A DNA stretch of 63,645 bases, counting the filler, from Conidiobolus incongruus B7586 (lineage: Eukaryota), in assembly GCA_000697335.1 (NCBI GenBank). It is 7 parts of 7 records of this genome, joined end to end, with 100 filler letters (N's around TTAATTAATTAA, not from the genome) between each part and the next. Parts side by side here need not be neighbours in the genome. Positions count along the whole stretch, not along the records: positions 32,868 to 51,073 come from JNEM01006528.1; positions 51,174 to 58,454 come from JNEM01006529.1; 5 more parts are not named here. One strand, written 5' to 3'. The translations under genes and the position numbers were made by a program. The notes under the pieces are model-generated. The model was not told the origin of the DNA, did not search any database, and worked only from the letters and a program-made list of their open reading frames with translations. This document shows, piece after piece, positions 40,332 through 54,177 of the stretch. Positions within the stretch are counted from its first letter, which is position 1. Every line of letters begins with the position of its first letter.

Positions 40332-41919
40332 ATGTCTCCAAATCAAGATAATATTGAAAACAATGAATTAATTGATAATAACAAGATTCAAGTAAGTACT
40401 AGTACAAAGTTTGTAATATTTGTGACTCGTAATCAAGTTTACGTTTGATAATTTTATACAATTGTCATCATTTATTTATTATTCAATTTTATTTTCAATA
40501 GGATAAAGATATACAAAAACCTTCCGAATCCTCAACTGATAAGGTAATAATTTGATATATCCATATATATTCTTTAAAAGTGTAATTAAGCTAAAAAATA
40601 TTAGACCGAAAAAACTTCACCGGAAGTAAAAAAATTCTTAATATTATATTTCAACACATAGATAGATTAAAGGTTATTTTAGGACATTTTAGCAACTAAA
40701 CCTGAAACTGACGAAGAAATTAAGGTAAGCAGATTTATCAAAATTAATATTATTCAAATATTATAAAATTTTACATTTAGGTTGAAAATGTAGATAACAA
40801 AACCGATAAAGATGAAACTGAGGTAAATGAAATAAAATATATTCGATATATTTAAATTAATAATTTTAATTATTTACTTTGAAAGGGTTCAAGTGATAAA
40901 ATCATAAAAGATGTTAATGAAGTTGAAGAAAAAGTAGAGCTTAAAGCTCAGGTAAAGGGCGACGAAAAGGAGGAAGTCGGAGTTAAAGAAGACAAGGGAG
41001 AAGAAAAAGAAATTAAAGACTCAGAAAAGGACAAAGTTGCTGAAGAAGTAAAAGCAGACAAGAAAACAGACGATATATCATTACCTACTTCTGACGTCAA
41101 GCAAGAAGAAACATCTACAGTTAAAGACAAAGTAAATTACTAGTAATTAATTGTTTTTTATACCAAAATCATTGATCTATGAGGAAACTAGGAATCAGAA
41201 ACTGTAAAAGAAGTAGCTTCTAATAAAGAAAAGGATGAAGAAGTTAAGGTAATTAAATGATTTATATTGCATTATATCTATTCTGCATTATTCACAATAC
41301 ATTATAATTTTTTCATCTTTTCGAATTTTAACAATATACATTGATAAAGTAATAAATGGTAAATTTTTATAGGAAACTGAATCTAATGAAGAAAAGAAAG
41401 AAGTTCCTACAAAACCTGATATTGAAGTAATGGTTTTATTATATTGATATTAATCGCAATCTAATGCAAATTCACTTTGAATAGGAAGAAACAATGAAAG
41501 AAACACTCAAACTCAACAAAGATAAAGCATCTAACCTTCTAGACGAATTGGAAGCTGAGTTAGGTAACTTAAAATTGACTGAAGAGGAAGCCAAAGCACT
41601 CGCAGGAGAAGATGACGAGGAAGGCGATTATCCACTTATCGAACTATTTGCATCATCAGTGAGTGGTAATTTCAAAATCAAATCTCAAATCAGAAAGATC
41701 GAAAATTGGTTCGAAGAATTTGGAATTGAATACACTTATAGGGATGTAGCCTCTGATGAAAGTGCTAAAATGTATTTGAAGAGGAAGAGTCCCCACCAAG
41801 GAGTCTTACCTCAAGTGTTTATGGATGGCGAATTTTTAGCCTTATTCGACAAGATCAACGACGCTGTAGAGCATGGCGAATTGTATGATCTTTTTGGAAT
41901 TGAACCTGATTATGATTAA
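40332..41919 (+). CDS. SH3BGR/glutaredoxin-like domain protein with long Glu/Lys-rich N-terminus (9 exons)
   Basis: Last exon IELFASSVSGNFKIKSQ…YRDVASDESAKMYL…LPQVFMDGEF…DAVEHGEL; eight upstream GT-AG exons splice in frame. Confidence 0.8.
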
Positions 41920-41997
41920 ATGAAATATATTTTAATATCCATATTTATATCTATAATACCCTTTACTCTTTATTACTAAAATTATTATATATATAAT

Positions 41998-43208
41998 CTA
42001 ATCGTCAAATGTTATTTTTGTTCCTTTAAATTCTTCGCCAATAGTACTAGGCTGATCTTTGAATTTTTTAGCTTGTCTGTCGTTGTTAAAATCTCTTGAT
42101 AATTCTTTAGATTCTTGATTTTCACTGGCTCTCTTCTTAGAATATTCTTTAGCTTGATTAGGTTGTAAATTTCTACCTCTTTTAGTAGCTTCCAATGAGG
42201 CGTATTCGACCTTAAAACGATCTTTAAGAGCTAATAAGGCTTTGGTAGCATCATCTATTTGTTCAAAATCAATATAGCCAAATCTATTATTAGATTATTA
42301 TTATTATTATTATATAATTCATTTAAATATAGTTTGTCAATATATTACCCTTTACAGCGATTTGTATCTTCAAAAGTAGCCAATCTAACCTTCTTAACCT
42401 TACCATATACCTGAAACTTTTCCATTAAAAACTCAGAGGTGCATTCAAAGGGTAAATTTCCAATAAATAGTGTAGCACTAGGAGCATGATTCTGAGACTT
42501 AAGGAATGCAGCTTGTTGTGTTTTACTATTTTTAGAATCCTGTGGAGCCTGAGTTCTACCCTTCTTGTTAAAATCCTTAGCATCTTTAATTAACAATGGG
42601 CGCTTAAAAAATACGGATTCACTTAAAGCGATAGCTTTATCGCGTTGTTCTGGAGTTTCAAAATCGATAAAAGCAAAGCTGAAAATTAAATTAATTAAAT
42701 ATATTCAATAATACATAAAATAATATTACCCTCTATTCTTGTTACCCAACATAGGCATTTTAAATCTAGTTATAGTACCACAATCCTTAAAGAAATTTCT
42801 AAGCTCTTCCTCAGTAATATTAAAGAATAAATTACCAACCCAAACACCATAAGTTTCGGGTTTAGGAGGTTTTTCAGCTTTAGTCTTTTTGATTCTGGGT
42901 TCAATGACTTTAATGGGATCTTCCTCATCGGAATTATCATCCTTCTGAGCTAACTTTTCACGATCTTTCTTACTCTGGAAGTTTGAATGATATTGGAAGA
43001 AGTCATAAGCTTCGTCCTCCTCTTTTGATTCAGCTTTAGTTTCTTCAACTTTAACTTCATTAGTTTCAGGTTGAATTTCTGGCTCCATCTCCTTATTTGA
43101 TATTTGTTCAAAAGGTTCAGGAACTTCGTCAGTAGTTACAGTTTCATTCTTTTCTTTGGATTTTTTTGGTTTTTTATCTTTTTTATCTTTTTTGGAACTT
43201 TTACCCAT
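41998..43208 (-). CDS. Nucleolar two-RRM protein, Nop13-like (3 exons)
   Basis: Start MGKSSKK; RNP motifs VWVGNL/NRGFAFIDF and LFIGNL/CKGFGYIDF; LLIKDAKDF linker; KGTKITFDD tail. Confidence 0.85.
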
Positions 43209-43299
43209 TTTTGATAGTGTATATTCAATGTCAAAATTAATCGAATTGAATAATTTTTGTTTAGGATAAACTTTTATATCCCAAACTTCAGTGATCATT

Positions 43300-43308
43300 T
43301 TATGGGAT
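43300..43308 (-). promoter_or_regulatory. ATCCCATAA promoter motif (NOP13-like)
   Basis: About 92 bp before minus-strand ATG 43208. Confidence 0.65.
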
Positions 43309-43609
43309 TGAATCCAAGTTGACTAAGGAAATTTATTAAAGATAATATGACAATAAACAAGATTTTAAGGATCAATAGTTGATATGTTGATGTAATTTTA
43401 TGTTAAACCAAATTAAAATTTTGTGAATAAATTGGATAATCATGATATCGATTATACAAAGTAATGAATTTTATTTGAAGAATATTTTAAGAAATAAAAT
43501 ATACAACTTTTGAACAAAATAATAGATAAATTAAATAATAAAATTGAATTATAAAATTCTATAATATTTTTAATCATTAAAAACAAAATACATTAACATT
43601 ATAATATAA

Positions 43610-44711
43610 TTATTTAAAGATAGCTCTAGGTCCAACTTTCGTTTGAGCAGCTTCGTTACGTATGAAGTTGATAGCTGGTCCAATTTCTTTGCGACTCATA
43701 TTCAAAATTACTTTTAAATCATTAGTAAATTAGAATGCATAGTTGATGTAGATAATAAATACCTGGAACTCTAGATTTCTTCTTATACAAATGTTTATGT
43801 AAAAAGTGTAAAGCTCTACCATCCAATCGGAGTGAGGGGTATGGGTTGGCATCTTGATCTAATGAAATAACTTTGAAGCCACTAATCAAATGGATCAATA
43901 TAAGTGCAATAAATCTTATTATTATATTTACCTAACATCCTTTTCAGCTTTTTGGATTAAATTCCAACGATCTGGATTGACAGGAGGTTGAAAATCTGAA
44001 AACTCTCTGATGTGTTGACTATATTGAAAAACAGTTAATAAATACTATTGATGAAATACTATTTCTAAGAATTACTTTGTGGAGGATTGATCCTTTTCTT
44101 CTATAGATTCCAACAGGGTTGAAGGCAAAGGAGCAGGAGCATCATTAACTTCTTCATCTTCCTGTTCCTGCTGTTTTTGTAATTTCTGCTTCTTGATAGA
44201 TTGCTGTTCCTTTAAGAATTGATCTCTATGTCTTCTCTTTTCCTTTTCAGCTTCCTTTAACCTATTTGATTGATCAACATAGTATTCATCAATTATGATA
44301 TATAAATACAATACTTTTTAACAACTTTTTGAGCCTGCAATTGAGTTTCCTCAGCTAATTGTTTGCCAATTTCTAACGATACCACTTCTGGAGCTTCGTC
44401 ATCGGAATCTTTTTCGGGTTCTTCAGATTCATTGGGTTTAGGATCTATTAATTAATAGAAAATTAGTAATTGAATTCATACAGACAAATCGAAAATTATT
44501 ATTACCTTCTTTGTTTAAAGCTTCTTCAACTAAAAAAACACAAAAGTTAAAAAAATAATTTAAATGAATAAATTATAATACCTTCAGGAGCATATCCTTC
44601 CTCGTCAAAAATAACCTTTTTGTTTACTTTTTCCTCTATAGCCGGAGTTTCTTCAACATTTTCAGGTTTTGAAAATTTTTTAGGGGATTTTTTGATGGTT
44701 TTTTTAGGCAT
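43610..44711 (-). CDS. Charged, probably nucleolar protein, Bud21/Utp16 (U3 snoRNA-associated)-like, multi-exon
   Basis: MPKKTIKK start, SDDEAPEVVS, EKRRHRDQFLKEQQ, PLPSTLLE; gene structure is clear, family is inferred. Confidence 0.6.
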
Positions 44712-44803
44712 ATTAATTTTAAACTATTTTATTAATTTGCTATTATTCGGATTATGGTGTGGAATGTTTGTTCATTTAAATTTTTGTATATGGATAAATT
44801 GAT

Positions 44804-44812
44804 TTATGGGAT
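44804..44812 (-). promoter_or_regulatory. ATCCCATAA promoter motif (BUD21-like)
   Basis: About 93 bp before minus-strand ATG 44711. Confidence 0.65.
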
Positions 44813-45227
44813 AGAATCTACAATAGTTTATTGTAATTTTTATTAATTATTCTAATAGATATTGAGTAGATGAATTTCAAAAAATATATATTTATAAAAT
44901 GTAATAAATCAAAAATATTTTCTTATATTGACTTGAATTTATAATATAGTCTTATATTTCTCTCATTCTAATACAATGGTAATAGAATTTAATACCTTAT
45001 TAGGGTTCCCACAATTTACTACTCATTTTAAACGAGATAAATTAATCATAACTTTTGAATTTGATCAACTTCAATTATTCAATTTTCAATAGTCTCCCAG
45101 AATATAAAATATTATAGCCATTGAAAAACAAAATAATTCAACCTATCACCTTAAAAATTTTAATATAAAATTATAATTTCTAGTTAAAATATTTTCAACG
45201 ATTAATAAATTTATTATACAAAATAAA

Positions 45228-47257
45228 ATGTCTTCAACTCAAGAGCAACCCCTAAAAGAATTCAGCGAATTTCATTTAGATTTTCGATTGCTAAGAGCTA
45301 TTGCTAAAATGGGTATTACCAACCCTACAGAAATTCAAACTCAAGTGATTCCATTAGCTTTACAAGGCAAGGATATCTTAGCTAGAGCTAAGACGGGTAG
45401 TGGTAAAACTTTAGCTTATGGCGCTCCTATTATTCAGAGTATTTTGACTAAAACAGTAATTTAATATATTTTATTTAATATAAATTGTATGATATTAATG
45501 TTTATTTAGAGCAGCAAAAATGGAGAATCTAACAGTGGAATTCAAGCATTGATTTTGGTACCTACATCGGAGCTTAGTTTTCAAGTTGCTGACCATTTGA
45601 CCAAATTAACTCTGTACTGTCCAGAAATTAAAATAGTCAATGTTATTAGTAAAAATCAATTGGAAAATAAACAGAATAACAATCAGTTAGATCCTGCTAT
45701 TAAGTAAGTTTTATTATTAAAAGACAATTATTTTATGTAATATTAATTCAATTTGTATAGATCACAATTAAAAGAAATTCCTCATATTATTATTGGTACA
45801 CCAAGTAAAATTTTAGAATTGGTTAATTCAAAGGTAATTAAACATACAATATTATTATAATAATATATTTAACATTGTAATTTTAGATAATTGAAATTAA
45901 AACATCATTAACTCACTTGGCCATTGATGAAGCTGATTTGATCCTATCATTCGGTTATTTTGATGATCTTAAAAACTTAGTCCCTAATTTACCCAACCCT
46001 TGTCAAACCTATTTGATGAGTGCCACTCTTCCCCCTGATCTCAAAGAACTCAACTCCCTTATTCTCACTAACCCTGCCATTGTCCACCTCAAAGATTCTG
46101 AAGATCGCGGTCAATTGACAGAATACCAATTCCCATGTCAATCTGAAGATAAATACCTGTTGTTATATGTTATTCTTAAACTCAAATTAATCAAAGGGAG
46201 ATGTATCATATTCGTCAATTTAGTCGATAGAGCTTACCAAATCAAATTATTCTTAGAAAAATTCGGTATTAAAACCTGTATTTTAAATTCAGAATTACCT
46301 TTGAATTCAAGGTATCATATTATTCAAGAATTTAACAGGGGTAAATACGATTATATTATTGCTACTGATGAGTATAAGCCCAATACCAATACTCAAAATG
46401 AGCAAGCTAATGATACTGAAAATGATCAAACTAAAAATGATCAAGATGAAACTACTAAAGATGATGAATCTTCAGAATTGCCAAAAGTTGATGAAGTAGC
46501 TCCTAAAGGGGAAGAATCTGCAGAAGTCCTTAAAGATGTCAAGATCAAGAAGAATAAGAAGAATAAGAAGCCTCAATACGATGCTGTCACAGGAACTTAT
46601 GGTGTAAGTCGAGGTGTGGATTTCCAAAATGTTGCAGCTGTCATTAACTTTGACTTCCCTCCATCTGTCGAAAACTACACCCACAGAGTTGGTAGGACTG
46701 CTAGAGGTGGCAAGAAGGGTATGAGTTTATCACTCGTCGTCAACGACGATCCCGAAGAATTGATGTTAGCTGCTCAAGTTGAGCAAAGTCGTGAAAAGTT
46801 AGGCGCCAAGGTCCAACCCTTCAAATTCGATCTAAGTCAAATTGAAGGTTTCAGATATCGTGCTCACGACGCCTTGCGATCAGTCACCAAGACTCACGTA
46901 AAGGAAGCTCGATTAAACGAACTCAAAGAACAAATTTTGAATAGTGACAAACTCCAGGCACACTTCGAAGATCGTCCCCAAGACTTGGAATTCTTACGTC
47001 ACGATTTGCCTCTCCTACCCAAAACTGTACAAGCTCACTTGAAGCACGTGCCCCAATACCTTCTCCCCAAGATCCAAGAAGTGACATCGGAGGGAGCATC
47101 TTTGGGCAAGCGCTCCAACGATGATGCCACCTCGCTAGGACCCATCCAGTTCAACAACAAGCATTTCAAGAAGTACAAGCAGAATAGAGGTAAGAACAAG
47201 AAGCTGGACCCTCTCAAAACTTTTGCGAAGAAGATAAATAAGAAGGGCAGGAAATAG
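45228..47257 (+). CDS. DBP9: DEAD-box RNA helicase Dbp9/DDX56 (4 exons)
   Basis: [71 protein letters not shown]. Confidence 0.95.
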
Positions 47258-49059
47258 ATTCATATTAATTTTGATAATATTACACTGGTATTGTTATAGA
47301 TTATTACATACATATATATTATAAAAGAGTTTTTAAATTAATAAAAGTTTTATTTTCAATATCCTATTTTTTTTAATAATTTTCCAAAAATTGATCATAG
47401 TTATATTTAATTTATTATAATTTTATTTAATTTTGATCCATATAAATCAATAATATAAATTTACAATATTAATTTAATTGAATAATTTACAATTTATATT
47501 CAATATCATAATATATTACAACATTATGCTAATTTAAAAATCAATTATTATCTTATTTTTTTATTATTTTATATATCACTTATAGTATAGTCCATATAAT
47601 TCATAATTTTATGATATTATTCTATATAATCATATTATTCTTATATTTTACGTTTAATGTTAATTTGAATCCAAAAAATTGTTTTATTATTTAAAAGATA
47701 TTTTAAAAATATCTATAAAAAACTATAAAACATAAAGAATTAAATGGTAATTGATTATATTCTCATTTGATTGATACAATTTTGAATGGAATTTATAATT
47801 TTATTTTTTGAATAATATCATATGTTTAAGTATATTTAAATGTTCAAAACTTTTTTCACTATCAAATTTGTTCAATTAAAATATAAATATTGGAAAGACA
47901 TAAAATATACTCGGTATCATTGGTGTATAATTTTAATCAAAATATATTGACACACCTAACAAATTTTGTATTAACACTAATGCATTTCAAACTAAAGTAT
48001 TAAGAATTAATTCATAAATTCTAAAATATCTACATTGTCAAATGATCTCACTAATTTATACATTTTTATATTATTTTTTTTATCAAAAACACTATCCACC
48101 AATAATACGAATGGAATAACATTAAGTTCTAATAAGTTTTTTAGATTTAGATTTATTAAAATACAGAAAATTTCATTATATTCATTAGTTCAATATGATA
48201 TATATACCTAATACCTTGATAAATTTGAGAGTGTGAATTGTTAAGAATTAATTACATCTATTCTTTTAAATGAAATGTAACAATTACCAAGATAGGTGTT
48301 ATTTAAAGTGAGTTCATTTTACATAAACTTGCAGCTTGTTACAATGCTACACTTTAATTCCTTTGTATAAGTGAGGTGAAATTTGAATTATCGCATTTAG
48401 TCAATTTTTATTTATTTTACACATTTTTTTCTCATATGTCATTCAGATTCTATTATGTATAAGAATTTAAACTTAGAAATAGTTAAAATAATATTTAATA
48501 ATATTCAAAATATTGAAAAGGTCTAATATATTATTATATCCTTTATAAACTGATTATAAGACATGACCTTAAAATAAGTCCCAAATTTGATTTTAAAAAA
48601 CTAAATAAATCATTGAATTGATTGAAATTAATTATTATTCATTTCTGATTGAAAATGATTCTCACATGAAAATTGCTAATTTCACTAAATTCGAACATAT
48701 GATTATTGATTGATTACTTGTTTGTTTATTTTTGGATGTTGACAAGTTGTTGGAACCTGTGTCAATAATATTTTTGAACGGTGTATATAATTTTATATTT
48801 CTATAATATTCTTGATAGCAATTCGCATACTCTAATATTTTCAAGAGTTAACGGTATACAAACATTATCATTAATCACCTCTTGAAAAAAAGGTTACTTA
48901 AGAACAATACAAAATTGTATTAAGTGTTTAGTCATTTTATAATCAGAAACTATTGATTGTAATTAGGAATATTCAGTATTCATGATATATCGTCATCAAA
49001 TGGTATAAACATTAAGTAAATTAATACATTTATTAAAGGTAAGATTTGGAGAAGATCGC

Positions 49060-49455
49060 TTATAAACCAGCCTTGACACGAGCTTGCTTTAATACGTTAT
49101 CTAACTTTGTAGCCAGAAGCATTTGACCCTTGAGCTTAATTTTGCCTTGCATAAAAGCCTTCTGAGCGTTGAGCTTACCCTCAGCAAGACCTACCATAAT
49201 GTCGTCGTTGGTAGAGATGACTACATCGGGCTTAACTTTGGAAGGACCTTTGTAAACTTCACCCTTGTCAGCCTTAGCGTCAACTGTCCAGCTCTGGGTC
49301 TTACCATCTTTGTTCTTGATATCGAATTGGAAAATTCCCTTGACTTTATTAATCATAGCCTTCATTTCAGCTTCTGGGAACGCTTTAAACCCAGCATCGA
49401 TTAATACAAAAGCTTCAGAAGCGTTAAATCCGTCAGCAACGAGAGGATGAGACAT
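49060..49455 (-). CDS. SCP2 sterol/fatty-acid-binding domain protein
   Basis: GIFQFDI, WTVD, GKLNAQKAFMQGKIKLKGQMLLATKL; C-terminal AGL resembles a PTS1 variant. Confidence 0.92.
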   Translation of the reverse strand: MSHPLVADGFNASEAFVLIDAGFKAFPEAEMKAMINKVKGIFQFDIKNKDGKTQSWTVDAKADKGEVYKGPSKVKPDVVISTNDDIMVGLAEGKLNAQKAFMQGKIKLKGQMLLATKLDNVLKQARVKAGL

Positions 49456-51173
49456 TTTTTCTTATATTTAATACAGATTCAATGAAAAATTATCTTACTT
49501 TGTGCAGTTAATAATTCTCATGCTAATAGCACATGTGCCCTTTTTATACTGCAAAATATTCATATGATGAGACGATTTCTGAAACCTTAATTAACTGAAT
49601 TCGCATTGATAGCATTAATAATAAATTTCATTTTATCACAACTGTCGATTTGTGTGTTTGAATGTCAAAATAAATCAAATTGAACTATTTAATTAAAATA
49701 ATTTTATATTACAATAATGTAATATAAATCCTAAAAAATAGTTCAATTTATTCAAATAAATTTGGATATATATATATATATTACAGATGACAACCCATAA
49801 CCTCTACGACTCTATTGTTTTGTACATACAATTATTAATATTAATTCTTATATGAAATCAAGTCAAAATCTATCAAAATATTTTAGTTTCTTCATAATAC
49901 AATTCTCTATTGCTTCCTATTTGCATCGGATTTGAGTCAAATTTTTATTTCCGAATTAAATTTCATTTTTTTTGATTCAAATTTTTATGTAAAGTTTGGA
50001 TAATTATAATTTCAAAATACTAAACTATTTGGTAGATTAATAAACAGTTTATTCAAATAATCAAGAAAAATTAGCTTGATGCATGCTTGTTTTGATAAAA
50101 TTTGTAAATATATATATAAATATTTAGATATAGACTGGAACAAGTATATTATGATAATGTTTTTGGATCATTTTTTGACATTCAATCCAAGGTTGATAAG
50201 TAATCGTTCATTATAATTTTAGAATTTTATATTATCTATGGAACAATATTTGCTCATTAATTGGTTATTGGAATATATTAATCATTACTAAAAACCAATA
50301 ATTACAATGCTTACTATTAATAATAGTAATAAGATCTATATATAATGATTAACAATTGACTTAATATATTGTAAATATATCTTAAAATGCTCCAAAAATA
50401 TAATATATATGTTATGAATGAATAATTTTGATTTCAAATCTTTAAAATAAATAAAATATAGAAAGTTCATTATACTCTAGTTAAAAAAATAATAGTATTT
50501 TGTATAATTAAATGATTTATAAGTTTGATTAAATATTAATCAATCAATAACTTTGTTTTTTTTATATTTATATTTAATATTAAAAAGTCTCTAAATATAC
50601 ATTAAAGTATAATGTTTATTAATTTGAATTTATAATATATAAAATATTTATTATTAAATTAATATATAATTTAAAATTATATTTAAAAAAATTTACTATA
50701 TAATAAATCAATAATAATTCTTTTTAAATAGAATTATTATTTAATTATAAAAAATCAAAATTATTTTAATTTATATCTCAACTATCTTATATATTAATAT
50801 TTTAATTGACTAAAAAAATATAATAATAAAACTAATATAATATAAATAAAAAATAAATCTATTATTTATATTGCAGGTTAATATATAAATAAACTAAGTT
50901 TTTTTAAGCTTTATAAATAAATAAATAAATTTAGATATATAAGATTATATATCAAATTATTTCAATATAGTATAATATTGATAAATACACTTTTGATCTT
51001 AAAATTGTTAATTATAATGAAAAATTAAATAAGAAAAAATAAGATATATAAATTTAACTTTTTTAAGAATTTANNNNNNNNNNNNNNNNNNNNNNNNNNN
51101 NNNNNNNNNNNNNNNNNTTAATTAATTAANNNNNNNNNNNNNNNNNNNNNNNNNNNNNNNNNNNNNNNNNNNN

Positions 51174-51445
51174 TCATTGTATGTGCTAAGCTTGACTGCT
51201 CTGTGAAGATCTATTAACCTCCAAGTCACTTTTCTTACATAGTGGCTGCCCACACTTTGTATACCTGTGTCCTCTGGTTCTTTCTCGTTTTAAGATCACC
51301 ATCTCATGTCTGTTTACTTTTGCCTACATCTGTTTTATATACTCCTTTAGCGAGAAATTAAGTGAATTGGGTCCTGTCCCAGGAATTACTACGGTTATCC
51401 ACTTGGATGAATTGGAAATATACTATATGCTTTGTAACTATTACG
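51174..51445 (-). mobile_element. Possible LTR fragment abutting a gap
   Basis: GC-richer non-coding island with a minus-strand TATATAA; other end lost in the gap. Confidence 0.25.
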
Positions 51446-51488
51446 TATACTTGGTAATTACTAAGTGATACGGCGGTTTTATTATGTC

Positions 51489-51497
51489 ATCCCATAA
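51489..51497 (+). promoter_or_regulatory. ATCCCATAA promoter motif (p2-like)
   Basis: About 84 bp before ATG 51581. Confidence 0.65.
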
Positions 51498-51580
51498 GTT
51501 GTCGAATAAATCCTTTCCTCATAAAAAAAAAAAAAAGAAATATATGAATATTCAATACTAAAAAATAATAACAATAAAAT

Positions 51581-52207
51581 ATGGTAGATCCCATAGACCC
51601 TAACTTGAATCAACAACTTGAAAAGCAAGAATGGGTAAAACAAATGCGACTAAAATTTTGTAAACGTCCTAATTTACCCTCTACCCATACCATGATTCAC
51701 GAAGATGGAACATTAAATCAAGAGTAATTAAACAACTAAAAATATACTCAACTTATTAATATTCCAAAATAGTTATTTTAGACCTAGTATCAAAGATCTT
51801 AAAAAAGCGAAAATTGATATGGAAGATACAAATAAAAAATTTAATGAGGAAGATAAAGAAAAATTAATTAAAGGTATTGAAGAATATGGTATCGGTAATT
51901 TTAGAGAAATTTCGGAGAAATTACTACCAGATTGGGTACTATCTATTAATTTGAATGTGATTGTTTTCATTAATGATGGTTTTAGGCACCTCAAGAACTC
52001 AGAGTACGTACTATGAGATTGATAGGTAGACAGAATTTGCAATTATACAAGGATTGGAAGGGGGATCACGAAGCGATTTTGAAGGAGTACGAATTTAATA
52101 AGGAATTGGGTCTTAAGTATAATATGTGGAAGAATAATACACTAGTTTATGATGAGGAAGGTTTGGTCTTAAAGGAATTGAAGATTCATCACAATATTCA
52201 AGATTAG
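51581..52207 (+). CDS. Myb/SANT-like small protein, probable p2 subunit of the MTA1c/AMT1 DNA 6mA methyltransferase complex (exons 51581-51723, 51773-51935, 51986-52207)
   Basis: Spliced product WVKQMRLKF…IHEDGTLNQDYF…LIKGIEEYGIGNFREI…ELRVRTMRLIGRQNLQLY resembles my recollection of ciliate p2 (EDGALN..YF, GIELFGVGNWKEI, ELELRT). Confidence 0.75.
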
Positions 52208-52335
52208 TTGAATAATTCAGCGTTTTATTGATTTTGTTAATAAATTTAAAGAATGAATAGATTTATGATGATTGGAGTATCATGATTTATTTTTATTTAT
52301 GATTTTTGGATTTATCAAATTAACAAAAATATTAT

Positions 52336-53213
52336 TCATTTACCGTTCCTCTGTTGTGTCGAATTATACACCTTCAAAGCGTTCAAAAACACTGGGTATA
52401 TTAATCGATCGTTAAAGGGGTTTGTACTAGATCCAAATATTAACAAATATTTTTCTTTGAATAATCAATAATATTTACCTTATTTCAGCCGATTTCAATC
52501 CAAGAGGAGGGAAATTCCTAAATGTGAAAGGATATTGAGGTGCTATAATGAGATTGGGGCCTTGTAGTAAACCTTCATCCACTAGCGTCTTATGAATTGA
52601 TTCCACCTGATTATCCAACTTCTGGTCAATAACTCGACTGTCTATCAATTGGTTCAAAACATTTGTCAACTCCGTCTTAGTATGGTGTAAACAAATTAAT
52701 GTAATAGTCAAAACTGAAATAAAATATTAATATTATATATAATAAAGATAATTATAAAATTTAATACTTACTCAAGTTATCATCCTTATCAAAATAAAAG
52801 AACTTATTACCGTCTTGTTTAATTTCAAAGGTACCCAAACTGTAATAAGGTTTTTGAACTCTCTCCCTACTTTCCAGCATCTGTTTCAAACTCAACTCAA
52901 TTTCTTTTTGGTTTAAAAACATAGTTAATTTGGGAATTTTTGCTATAATACACCAATTCGCCAACTTAGCCAACTGATAGCTGAATGTGGGGTTAGAATC
53001 CAGAATAACTGCGAGGTGTTTTGGCAGTTTCTGGATGGGGATCAGGTCTTGAGTGATGGTATCAGTGTTGTGGTAATTGTTAGACACTTCCAACAGATAT
53101 GTGAGTCTTTGGAATGTGAGGTTCAGGTGGGAATATATGAGATGAGTCCATCTCAAAATTTGCCAAATGCTGTAATAGACGAAAGTTAAAGTGGTCGTTA
53201 TTATCAAACTCAT
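52336..53213 (-). CDS. NUS1: Cis-prenyltransferase subunit Nus1/NgBR (3 exons)
   Basis: N-terminal hydrophobic segment, KLPKHLAVIL, GPNLII, NFPP…AEI, C-terminal QQRNGK (RxG motif). Confidence 0.85.
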
Positions 53214-54177
53214 TGTAATATATTCAATTTAGGATAATTCTCAATACAGTTAATTTTAAAATATATATTTACAGTTAAATTAGATAATTCTCAAAGAAAT
53301 AATTGATTCTTTAAAAAAGGATCAACTTTTCAAAATTCGAGGAGATTTTCTTCGAATTTATACTTCGGTATCCTTTTTGATCCAAATTATTCATATTTTC
53401 TCATTTTTAACTTAACCCAGTTTGTTACTAATTTCAAACTTATCCCCAATTAGATATAATTCAGCCAATTGTATAAAATTATATTATACAATGAGGGGAA
53501 CTTGTATCATTCTGATTGGTTATAGATTCATTTTTCAAATTCTTTGATAAATCCTAAACTCAGTGAATAAAAATGATATCACTATTGAATTAAATTTATA
53601 AATTTTCAATTTAATAAAAATTCGCCATGAATTTACTAGAATTTGAACTAGTTCATTGAAAGTACACTGATAGTGAATGTAGTATAATAATTTTTTCTGA
53701 TATGATAGTTCATTAATATAATTCAAAATAGACTAAATTAAAGGAAAAGTCCAATGATTCAATAGTTGAAATCATAGACTAATTTTTTAGTATTGAATCT
53801 AATTCAATAAGGTAATTTTATACACATTTTCAATAATGTTCATTTTTTAATTTTTTAACGTTATTTTATTTAGTTATTATGGAGGCTGGTGGTGTGATGT
53901 CAATAAAGATAACACAGTACCTATCAAAGGATCTAACTGATTTGGATTTATTGATTACAATTGTAAATTTTACATTTTTGGGTTAACTTTTCAATAAATT
54001 TGTACTGTTTGTAAATTTAAATTTTAATAATCAAGATTTTTCAAATTGATAACAATAATTTCTAAATATTACTTGAAATTAATTCATAAGGAGTAATCAA
54101 TTTGACAATGTAACAATTCCTATAATATTAAACCATATCTAAATATCTATTACTTTATTAAATACATTCAAAAAAAA

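Noticed and set aside
43209..43298. N-terminal extension of ORF 42726-43298 (MITEVWD…)
   Set aside because: The ATG at 43208 (MGKSSKK) fits the protein family and the promoter-motif spacing better.
53480..53990. Possible decayed gene with an intron on the + strand
   Set aside because: Too degenerate to support any product call.
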